Shown: piece after piece, positions 13,079-24,499 of the stretch
Position numbering within the stretch: the stretch's first letter is position 1
Layout: each line of letters begins with the position of its first letter
Source: Ginglymostoma cirratum
Taxonomy: Eukaryota
DNA length: 64,000 bases
Assembly (NCBI GenBank): GCA_024137785.1
Contig: JAHRHZ010000003.1
Span: 12,295,933-12,359,932, forward strand
Direction of reading: 5' to 3'
Made by a program: the position numbers and the translations under genes
The notes under the pieces: model-generated
What the model saw: only the letters and a program-made list of their open reading frames with translations
Told to the model about the DNA's origin: nothing
Databases searched by the model: none

Positions 13079-14242
13079 TGTAGTTTCTTACCAATCTCCA
13101 CCACACTCTTAGGCAGTGATTCAACAAATAGGCCACTCGGTCCTTCAAGCCCTCCGCCATTCAATAAGATCATGGCTGACCTTCCACCTCAACACCACTT
13201 TCCTCAACTATTTCCACTTCCGTTAGCTTGTCTTGTGTCCAAAATTTTCCTGCTCTTGCATCCTGAACATGTTCATCAACTGAGTGTCCTCAGCTCTCTG
13301 AATAATTTCAAAGGTTCACAACCTAAGTTTCTCATCTGTGTCCTAAATGGCCACCTCTTCGTCTTGAGACTTATCCAATATCTTACACTGCTCACCAGGG
13401 GATTGTTCTCCCAATAACTACCCTGTTGTGTGGAATTCACTACCACAGGGAAAGTTGAGGCTATTTAATTGATGGGAATTGAAAGATATGAAGGGTGGGA
13501 GGAGGTTTGAGTGAAGCGGGGGTGCTGACATAATCTGTGACTGCACTGTATATTCTGTGAAATCTATTAAATATTTCAAATGTTGCCATTACAAGGCCTT
13601 GTTTCAGCATTTCATGTGAAGTACACAATCTTTTGAAATTTTAGAATTCCAGTGGCAGCTGAAGTCAGTGATTATTTACAATTGGTGACTATTTACCTGT
13701 GATTAGTTCGGCTATATATCATTTCCACCTTTTCAGGAAGAAAGTACGACCAGGTGACTCCTACTTGTGCTCTGAATCATCAGTCTGAACAATCAGCCAC
13801 AACAGAATTTATTGTCTGAAATAGCTGTAAATTTCTACATGTTAGAAACATGAGCAACAGACTTGACTAGATTTAAGTGCAGCTCTGATGGTAAAACTCA
13901 AGAAAGGCAACAACTGTCTCATGAAATCTTGTCCATGGGATGTTTGCTTTGTGTATTTCTTACCCCCAGCACCAAGACCACAAACATCCACAACTAAATC
14001 AAAACGATTTGTAAGTCACCTCATTCCATCAAACAGGTCACTTTAAATCATGCAAAACAAATCAACTTATGATGGAGTTCTAATGTCAGAAATATGGTCC
14101 CAGGACATTTCAGAACACCTTGTACAGATTACAAGTTGAGTCTTTTTCCTTTTTGCCTCTGTACACAGTACCTGCCAGTAAAACATCTGCTGAATTGATA
14201 AATTCCTTAGTTTCAACTTCAACGAATTTGTTCTTATTCAGA

Positions 14243-14303
14243 ATGGATTATGAAAGGGGAGTGACACATCCAAGAAGAAGATATAATGATGAAGAGGAAG
14301 AGG
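14243..14303 (+). CDS. SLC4A5: SLC4A5 coding exon 1 (MDYERGVTHPRRRYNDEEEE)
   Basis: Acceptor ttcttattcag ends at 14241, ATG at 14243, donor G|gtaagt; phase 1 fits the next exon. Confidence 0.8.
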
Positions 14304-15681
14304 GTAAGTAAAATAAACTGAAGTGCAATTTAAATGAGATGCACCCAGCATGTCAACAAGTTCCTTTAACGTGGAAGTTATCAGATTTGATCTCTAGGTA
14401 GTACTGAGTTCACTGGTCTCAGGGTAGCAGTACTGTTGGTCCAAGCTTCCTCAAGTTAGCTGAAAGAGATAGCTGAAAAAGGCTATGTTTGACTGACATC
14501 CGATGAATGCTGCCAGGAAGTACCTGTGTGCAAACTCCATCTCACCAAATCAGAGCCTAACAACCTTCTGTCACATTCCCACCAATGATCAAAATGATCC
14601 ATAAAATTGTCTGAGACCCGGATTCCCTGGGGGCCTTACCTAAAACCAGAACTTTCAATCATCTTGTTTGGGCACGGGGTTTCGGATCTGTGGCAAAGGT
14701 GTGGAGATCGTTACTACAGGATAGGTTAGAATTCTGCAGATCTCAGCAAGTCCAAGCTCATTAGTGCTCATGGATAAGGTCAGGGTCACATTGGTTTCCT
14801 CTGGTGGTGACACCTTCCTCCCTGTGTCCTCAGAGGCCAAATAGTTTCTTGGCAACTGCTAAACTGAGAGGAATAAGGTGGGTCAGGCATCTCAATTGGG
14901 GTACTTGGGATTCAGACACCATGTCAACATTTATTTTGCAGTCTTGCACCTTCCAAACCTGCAACCTCTCCCACCTAAAAGACAAAAAGCAGCAGATACA
15001 GGGGAATACCATAATGCAAGTTACCCTCCAAGCCACAGACCATGAATGATGGATAAAGTTCCTTTTTTCTTTGTTGTATCATTCTATGCTTCTTCATTTT
15101 AAACTCAAATATGCATTCTTGGAAAGCATTTGCATGATGCATCATGAAATTCTGCTGATGATACTTGTTCCCTTACATTCCGATTGTTTTACCGTTTCTC
15201 CAAGGCAGTGCCGGGGCTAAAAAAGGTCAACTTACGAAGATCAGTTGCTTGGGCCTTACTTGTATTCCTGAGTATAGAGATTAAGTGGTGATCAATTTGA
15301 GATGTTTATGATGATGAAAGGATCTGAAAGGATGATTGAAGAAAGTTATTTCCTCCTGTGGGGAGTTCAGAGAAAACAGTATAACCTCACAAGTGATAAT
15401 TGTATTAAGGTGACTGGAAGATGGAGAAATGCATCATTTGTGATTTAATTCAAAAGTAGAACAGGCCTCTGGGGCTGAATGGCCTTGTCTTGTCCCTATT
15501 TTCCTGTGTTACAAGTATAAACTGGACCGAACACTACCATTGCCAAAAGAATAAAGCTGGCAAATCAGTGTGGTGTTAAAATGAACAGTTGCAGCAATGT
15601 TCCTGTGCAAAGAGCTGAATCTTCCCAGAGAAACTAACTAGAAACTAACTAAATGGTCCTAAAGATGTTTTTTCTGTCCAG

Positions 15682-15867
15682 ATCAAAATGCCATCTATAT
15701 TGGGATTCCTGCACCACAAGGCTACAGGAGAAAGAGACGGCGAAGGAAATTCTCAGCAAGCCAGGAGAAATTCAATGAGGAGGAATGGTACCCCAACAGG
15801 CAAGATAGATCTGATACCGAGGAAGGACGTGGTAGAGGACTGACTGCTGCAGACAGAGCCATTACCA
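15682..15867 (+). CDS. SLC4A5: SLC4A5 coding exon 2 (DQNAIYIGIPAPQGYRRKRRRRKFSASQ...DRAIT)
   Basis: tttctgtccag acceptor, A|gtaagt donor, 186 nt open; the IYIG.P.P motif is typical of long NBC N-termini. Confidence 0.9.
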
Positions 15868-18800
15868 GTAAGTCATTGACAATCTATTGTTGAGATGTTA
15901 TGTTTCATGTAGGTTTTTCATTTCCTGTGATATTTTCCATCCAGCTACCTAGCCATTTTCCTATCTCCAATAGTTTATTATGAGTTTTGAAAGAATATGA
16001 AAAACTTCTTCAGCATCCTCATATTTTTCCTGGTTGCTCAGAGTAGCTGCCAGAGAATAATCTTTAACCTGGACAATGCTGATAGGTTGATAATCCTGAA
16101 TTCTCTTTGCGAATTCAATCTGGTCAGGTCCAACAATTCCAGTCTACAATTATCGAAACTGAACAGCAGTGTAACCGTGTGTTTAGTGGAAATGCCTCCA
16201 GCTAGGCATTGTAATTTGATGGGATCACCAGAAACACATCTTATGCATGAATCTTGGAGACCATCAGCCTTACACTTCATAGGACATAGATTCTGAGGAT
16301 AATCACTGAGAATTATGTGTTTCTTTTTGTCCTTCTTCTCCCATTCTCTCATAATTTGCCCAGAAAATTAACAACAGCATGATAGCCCCTACACCGAACC
16401 TAAACCCTAAAACCCCTGTGTAGGAACCATTGACTTCTATTTGAAAGGCCTTAATGAATGGCTGCGTTGGGTTTAGTCCAAGAGCTAACTCAATGTAACA
16501 CATTGTCCATTGAAACCTTCATACTTAAGACCAATACCACTACCTGCAAAATTGAAACAGTTTGGGCCGTCCCATCAATTGGACAGAGTGCTTCCACAAG
16601 TACAGTTTGGATTTTAAAAATATAGATGTTTAGACTGTTTAATTTACTGCTTTGTTCATGTTAGCTCATTTATTTATCCAGGGGATGTGGGTGTCACGGG
16701 CTGGGCTAGCATTCAATGCCCATCCCTAATTGTTGCCTTCTTGAACTGCTGTCGTTTGGTTTTAAGTTACAGTGTGACATGGTAGAACATAGAACATCTT
16801 AAAATTAAAATGTAAGGTGCTGATTTTAATGTTGATTGGTTTTTTCTGGCAATTCACAGCAGTGTGGAGATCCTAATCCAAAGTAAAATGGGCGCAACAA
16901 AAATGATTAAACTGTTGCCTGCATTAAGTTCGTATGTCTGATTCATTAATTTAGCACCTAGGCTGACCCAGTCACTGAGCAATGTTGTTCTTTGACTCCG
17001 AGAATATATTCCACAGCAGAGATAAGGTGAATAAGAATCACTCACTCAAGTTAACTCAATATCCTAGAACAAAGAGACCTAGGCTAAACTGTGCTGACAA
17101 GCAATTATCTGAGAAATTAGTAGATTCACTCAGGTGAGATGAAGTAATGAGAAGAGGCATTTTTTACCATTATTCTACAATGAATATTTACCAAATAGGT
17201 TCCATCATGTGAATATGTGAGTTAAACAATAAGGGGGTCACGTTTAATCCCCAGCTTTTGCTGAACCCACTAAGACAGCAGAGTGAAACGGGCTCAGTGG
17301 AATCAGCTTCAGCAACCTGAGGTAAGAAGGGGGAACATCGACACGGTCCCATAGCTCCTGGAAGCTTCATGCTTGAGCACACAGATCATCAGGCATTTTA
17401 CTGTGGTATCATTCTCCCCTTGTGCACAAGTATGGTGCTCCATGAGTGCACTCACTTTGGTGAATTTGCACTTGGCTGAGATTCTGGGGTAGTACCTGTG
17501 GATCAGGAACAACTAAGGAATCTCTGCTGGAGACAACACTGTTATTTTTGTCTCAATTACAGGGTACCTTCTCAATAATCAGGGAAGGCATTTGTTTAAA
17601 AACCTTGTCAGTGCCCTGAATTGTCTTGATGGTTTTTGGTCCTTAGACTATGAATCAGGTTGAACATACTCAGGTTGAACTTCGAAACACAGTCTGTTGT
17701 TATGTCAAATACATATCCTCCCCATACTCAACAATAAAGATCCTATACTCAAATTGTACCTATGGCTCCAGCAATCAGCCAGAACTGGATAAGAACTTCC
17801 ACAGTAGCCAGTCTTGGCCCATTAGCTACTTCAGTTTGGTTTTTTGCATTTGTTTCCAATATTGTCGCAGGAACTGTGTTGCTGAGCAATAGTTCTGACA
17901 CATTGCCTGATCTCAGTTGCAGCCGCACGCCACTTGTGGCTCGACTGCTTACTGGGGTCACGCAGGGGTCAAAACCAGCTTCCAGGTCAGCTTCTGATGA
18001 TTGTGTATAAAGGACATTGGGATTGCTATGTGCTTAGTGCCAGATTGTGAAAGCATAGACAGTCGCGAGGAACTAAAGGCACATTGTTTCCAGTCGAGAT
18101 TCAAGGTACAAATAAATCTCAGCATTGCAAATGTTAATCTGTTAACTGTCGCCACTCTATTGGCCTGCCCAGGAATATTTTATGCTTAACTCTGTAAGGA
18201 TCCTAAGTTGCCAGTATGTCAATAAAACAGGAACTCACTGTAGCCCATGTGCAACATAAATCTGGTTGGTGTTGAAACTTTTATCAGCTATCATTCAATT
18301 ATGTAGCATTCGCAACAAGAGGAAGCCACTCAGCCCCTTAAGCCTGTTCCCAATTCAATCAACTCATGGCTCGTGTGTACCTCAACTCTATTTGCCACCT
18401 TTTTGCCATGCTTGTTAATACTCACACTCAGAAGTCTTCCTTCTCACCATCGATTTACTGAAATAAGAATTCACTCAAGGTCTGTGCTTTTGATTCCCAG
18501 AATAAGTTACTCCCTCCCATTCTTTGTTCCTCTCCTGTCAGATATCTGACGTGTCCTAGATTGCTGAACTTTCCACAGAAACCTGGCGACTTCTGCTATT
18601 ATTGAAGAGAGAGTGTAATGATTGAAATAAATATAAAGCTGCACTACCCTTCAAAACATTAACCTGGTTTTATTTTGAAGGGAGAGGAGGGAGAAGGTTG
18701 ACAATTCCCATCCTTCTCAAGTGAATGAAAAATATCTTCTAAATTCTCCCTTAAGGTGCTGGAACTGGGAGATGTAAGTATACATTGATTGCCTTAGATT

Positions 18801-19994
18801 CATACTGAAAGGACAGTAATAATGGGCAGAGAGAAAGAAACATTCACCATTTACAAAACTTCAGCTTCAGGTTTTAAAAAAAAGTGAAAAGTTGGTAAAA
18901 AGGTAAGGGGGCCATTTTAATGCAAGAAATTATCTGTTTATTGGGGGCTATTTTTCTTGATGCACCGGGGAGCTTTTTAGAAAAGGTTCGGGAATAGTTA
19001 AGGTCAAAGCTTTCTCAGAATTGAAATGGGTAAGCTCTACTGGGTTTGGCATAATCATCAATAGGACTCAACTCAGCAAAGGGCGTGCTATTCCATTTAA
19101 TCTCCAGGGCAAGCAGCTCTGTGTAACAGGCTTTGACACACTCTGTAAGGCTGCAGCAAGTTACCCCGAGCACAGACAGGCCTGCTTTTAATGTGTGTGA
19201 CAAAATGAGTGAGAGTGAACCAGGTAGGGTCGAAACCATGGTTTTTGTTGTTGATTTGTCAGTTGCTTTTTTTGAGGCCAGGATTGGCGTGTTTGTCTTG
19301 TAGCCACGAGAGAACTGATGCAATTCATTTTGTTTCACTTTTAACACTTTGTAGACTACAGTAACATTGCTTCATTCAAGGACGGAATATAACTGGGTCA
19401 TGACAAAAGTATTGGTCTTTGCTCTTGTTTTCTCAAAATCTACTTCTCAATAGTTGGCTTTACAAATACACAAAGAGTGGTTTCTACTTTGCATCTTTAC
19501 AGAGGGGGTGTGTGCCAGTTTGTCGACACTGATGCTGTTTTCTCTCCATGAATTTGGATGCAATTGAGATTTAAGTGGACAAACATTACTTTTTAAGCCT
19601 TCTAGAATTTGTTAGCCTTGCTACTTTCAAACAAAGGCCGCGATTTTTTGCACTGGAATAATTTGGTGGATACCCCCTTTTTTGCTTAGCGAAGACAGCA
19701 AGAAGCCAACATACAAACGAACCATGAAACCTTCCAATCAGATGGAAGAAGCAGCACAAGAGCGGGTTACTGTAACTCTGCTTCTCTTATGCCGTGTAAA
19801 GCAGGAAAGTAACTGACCCCAGCGCAATTTCCTGGCTGTGGATACAAAGTCAGATTACAGTAATCATTCGATGGATATATGTAGGCCAGCAATCAAGACA
19901 GGACCTCAAATCACCATGGCCCATAGTACAGGTCAATCAATGCACGAAGATTGCTATTATGCAATTGTGAGTATGTCTGTGTGTACATGTGACT

Positions 19995-20028
19995 CTGTGT
20001 GTGTATGTGTGTGTGTGTGTGTGAGTGT
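19995..20028. repeat. (TG)n microsatellite
   Basis: tgtgtgtgtatgtgtgtgtgtgtgtgtgagtgt. Confidence 0.9.
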
Positions 20029-20699
20029 ATCAAGTTCAAGTTCAGCTGTGATGCCTTCCAATGGTCGAAGTCTCCTGACACACATTGTCACATCAAGATT
20101 GGCACTTCAACAAAGGAAGCATAAGGCTGCCAGTATCTGTGGAGGCGCACCTCACAATTAGTCACTGAGGGGGAGGAGAGAAGGTCAGTGGAAAATGATT
20201 AAGGCTGAATGAAGCTTCAGCTCATCAGAAACAAAGTAGGGCTGAATTGTACTTCGAGGGGCTGCAGATAGCTGACCGATTTAACACCCTCGTCCCAAGG
20301 TTTTTACTGAAGTGGGGTACAAAGTGTTGATAATTGTCTCCAATCAGTTGTTACATTACTGTCAGAAAGTCACTGAGAGGTTACATTGGAAAGAAATGGA
20401 AATCACATGAGAGTTTGCAGATAGTTAATTTGCAAACCAGTCGAAGAATTCAAACTTGTGCAACAGCCAGAATTCAACTTGCCTTCCATCACCACTTTAA
20501 GAGCGTTTTACGAGAAGACAACATCGTAGGATTGGCTTGTAACCATAGGAACTGGAATTCCTGCCCGGAAGAATTAGTTACAATTGCTTTTTAGTCAGAA
20601 AGTTTCACTTGCAGTTCAGAAGAACCAGCAGTCTTGGAAATGATAGGTAAATTATGAGAATGAAGACATGTCGGAGACGTTTATTTTCAGGGATAAAGC

Positions 20700-21780
20700 C
20701 AAAGCTTTATTTGATTCATGCTGAGCAGCAAAAGGATGGTTAATGGAAATAAAACTCTATTTAATAGGATTAACTTCTATGAGTAGAAGCACGCACATGC
20801 TGGTAAACTAAGAGAAAACTGAAGCAATGGAGTTAAATGGTGCCTTTGAACCTAAGTGGAGTGGAAATAGGTTCCCCAGCAGGTGCTAGGAGAGTAGAGA
20901 GAAGTACAAAAAGCAACTGGGGACAATGAAGGCCAGGATTAGCAATGTTACAAATTATAGTGGAGAACTATTGTATGGTGAACTATTTTCCAGTTCTGTC
21001 AAAGTCAGGAATCGATCAAAGGCAGCATTGTTTCTTTGAGGGATTTATTAGGTCAACTTAGGTATGAGGCCAGATAAATGAGTACTGAGTGAACCAGGTA
21101 CTTTTACATCAGTTTTCACTTCTAAAGGTGACGGTATAGCTCTAGTACAGATGAAGTTGAGAGCTAAAGTGACTTTAACTGGGGTAACTTCAGAAACTGA
21201 AGGTTGAGATTGGGATAAAGTGAACCTGATCCAAAAACAGAGTGCTGCAGGAATATCAAAACCACTGACTCATGTAACCAAGAACTTGTCAAAATATGAG
21301 TTAGTTCCCATCAGATTGGAAGAAGGTTCATGTGGTTCTGTAATTTAAGAAGGGGAAGAGATCAGACCCTGGCAATTATCAGTTTGACATTGGGTAAGCG
21401 TGACGTCTGATTTCTGGGCAGTTGTTTGTGCTTCCCTGCATTACTTCAGGGAGCATAAGTCCCATCTCACTAACTGAATTGAATTATTTAAGGAAACATT
21501 CGAAATTGTGGATTTTGGCATTCTTGTCGATGTCACTTACCTTGAGTTCCAAAAATTGACCTTTCATAAAGCTTACCAAAAATTAGATTTTAGAGGATTA
21601 TAGGACACATATCTGGCTTGATAAGAATTCATATGAACAAAGGGCTATGTCAAGGAGGCCGATTTGAATGAGCTTGATCATAACATGGTACCACTTCTGG
21701 GACAATTATTATTCACCAGTTTCATACCTAATTTGGATGAGGGTGCAGATGTACCACATTTCAAATTAACATCACACAAA
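20700..21780 (+). mobile_element. Very decayed CR1 ORF2 fragment
   Basis: Relics such as ccctggcaattat (PGNY), actaactgaattgaatta (TNL.E), cttgagttccaaaa (L.FQK) and ttggatgagggt (LDEG). Confidence 0.55.
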
Positions 21781-21785
21781 ACACG

Positions 21786-22130
21786 TGGTGGCATGGTGGT
21801 GCAGTGGTTAGCGCTGCTGCCTCACAACACCAGGAACCCGGGTTCAATTCCACCCTAGCGCACCTGTCTGTGTGGAGCTTACACATTCTCCCCATGTCTG
21901 CATGGGTTTCCGCCGGGTGCTCTTGTTTCCTCCCACAGTCCAAAGACGTGCAAGTCAGATGGATTGGCTATTCTAAATTGCCGATAGCGTTCAGGGATGT
22001 GTAGATTAGGTGCATTAACCATGGGAAATGGGTCTGAGTGGGATGGGTCTGAGTGGGATGCTCTTCAGAGGGTCAGTGTGGACTTGCTGGGCTGAATGGC
22101 CTGTTTCTACACTGTAGGGATTCTTTGATG
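21786..22130 (+). mobile_element. HE1 SINE (V-SINE), full length
   Basis: tRNA head tggtgcagtggttagc...gggttcaattcc; V-domain ctgtgtggagcttacacattctcccc...tttcctcccacagtccaaagacgtgc; tail gctgaatggcctgtttctacactgtagggattct. Confidence 0.93.
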
Positions 22131-23947
22131 TCTGTAATGGTGAATGATTCAGGTGAAATAACCAGCCAATATCCATAAAGGAAAGGTTGCCTTTGAAAAT
22201 GGCATATGCCCTAAACAATACAAATGGTGGAATCAATGTCAATGGTTGTCTCTTGATTTGAGGATAGCATTGACTTAGGGTGGTGGTGGGTTTCTGCCAG
22301 GGGTCTTCATGTGACTGAGCACAAATCAATCTGTAGATCGTTGGTGCATGATGCAGGACACCTCATGAAATAATGCGATCTTGGTTTCCTTTTATTTCCA
22401 TTCATCTGTTTCATCATTAAGTTATGGAACTCAAAGTGTGATTAAGCTTGTTGGAAAAGTTAATGCCTCATAGAATCTGCCACAATCAGATCAGACACAA
22501 ACTCATCAAACAGCAGAACAGGATCAAGGGACCAGATGGCCTAACCCTGCTATTAATTCATATGTTCATATTCTGAAAGGTTGGTAGCAAGCCCCTACTT
22601 GGTCATTCTGGTCAGTAAATCAGAATGCCAAGTAGTGGACTTGGATTGTTCAGATTGAGTACTTTTACCCCTTACAGGTGACTGCTGTGTCAAAAATGAC
22701 TTAGAAACGCAGTGAGGAGAACAAATACTGCTCATGTACATGTAGAGACATCCTGGTTTCTCAGAATATGCAAAAGGAAGAAAGTGTTGGTATCACAACA
22801 CCAGAAAACTAAGAAAGGACAAAGGTAATTTTGGGTATTTGATGGAGGTTATCCTTCAGGTGGCACTGAGAAGCAACTTTGAAACATGGACCAGTTTACA
22901 GGTTAGAAACTTGGTTCACTCCTGTCTCAGAGGACAGCATCCTCAGAGGCATAGAGTCAGTGCAGGATGTTGTGCTGGACTGGTTTTAATTCCAGAAAAG
23001 ACACCTATGCAGATGTAGCTTCTCTTCTATACAATGCTATTGTCACTTTATTGCTCTGCTTGCTCAGGCTTTGACCTTTTCTTGGTGTCAGCCTGACAGA
23101 GACAAAGTGGTTGCAAAATTGCAATTGACAGTGTACAGTGAAACATTAATTTAACTCAGAGTAACAGTTACGGCAGTGTAGGCATTAAAAGTGTTTGTTA
23201 CCTGTAAACAGGTAGAATGTCAAATTTCACTGTGATCTAAAGTGGTTCTGTCCACTGTTCTGTTTACTCTTTATGACACTGGTGTTTAGGGATATCTGTT
23301 TTCAATGTATGATCCTGACAGTAACACTTTCAATCTATGTTTTCAGTGGCGCATAAAGAACACCTTCATGAGAAAGTACGTAAATGCAGCAACTACTTAG
23401 AGCATTGGATGGTTCTAGAGTGATGAAAAAAATTCGACAAGAACCTGAAGATAGAACATAAATACGTTATGCAGAGATTAAGTCATATGACAAGATATGG
23501 TGCTTTTTCAGAGAGCCAGCACAGACACAGTGGGCTGAATGGTCCCATTTTATGCTTAACCATTCTATTCTAAAGAGAGTTTCCCTGTTTTTGGAGTGGA
23601 TGGAAGGCCACAGGCATTTCCTGATGCTAAAGATGTCAAGGGATAGAGTGATAAAATGAGATAGATATCAGCATGGTTGAACAGTCTCGAGCAGCTGAAT
23701 GACCTACTTCTGCTCCAATTTCCTATGTTTGTGTTTTCCTCATTGAATATTTGATCCCCACTTGACTAGAATAAGAAAGAGTTCAGTGACCAGAGGCCAA
23801 TAAAGGAGGCAACAGCAACGTCATGTTTAAAGATACATTTAGATAGTGGTTTCTTGCTGGAACACCCTGCTCCCCATAAATACTTTACAGCTTCAGTCAG
23901 ACAGGACCTTACTCTAATGTGTTTTGCTGCACCTCTCTTGTATGCAG

Positions 23948-24077
23948 TGTCCCCTGCTGCCGAGAGGCTGAGATACATTCTGGGAGAAGACGATGATGGC
24001 CCAACTCCAACACTTTTCACAGAGATGGATACTCTGCAGTATGATGGAGTTGAGTTAGAATGGAAGGAATCTGCCAG
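23948..24077 (+). CDS. SLC4A5: SLC4A5 exon 3 ([16 protein letters not shown]...EWKESAR)
   Basis: tatgcag acceptor, AG|gtgagc donor, conserved SLC4 motif. Confidence 0.96.
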
Positions 24078-24499
24078 GTGAGCAATGAAAGTCCAATGAG
24101 TTTTACTTCTATTGAATTAACTTCTCTTAGGTCATTCTACAACTTTATAATTTTAATCACCGGCCGTTACGAAGATGCAGTTGCTGTGCAAACAGGCCAG
24201 CAGTGATATGCTGGGTTGCTATCACTGTGTTTGAAGTATATAGGAACCATACAAAATAAGAAACACAAAAGATCAATATCACACAAGTCTATGATCAGAA
24301 CCAGTTCTCTAAATTGTCCGGAAGTCAGCTAAGACTGTGCAGTAGAGCTAAAGAAAATGAAAAGCTGTCTGCTTTCTCATCAGGCAATCCCTCTCAGTTA
24401 TTTTTGCTGGGAATGTAACTCAAGAGTGGCATGACAGTTACTCAGACTATTGAAACCAACATTCAGCACACAAATTCGTAACGTCAGTAGCTGTTTAGC

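Noticed and set aside
21786-21860. tRNA-like heads here and at 10830-10920 as tRNA genes
   Set aside because: The A/B boxes are followed by SINE bodies and tails; these are SINE promoters, not tRNA genes.
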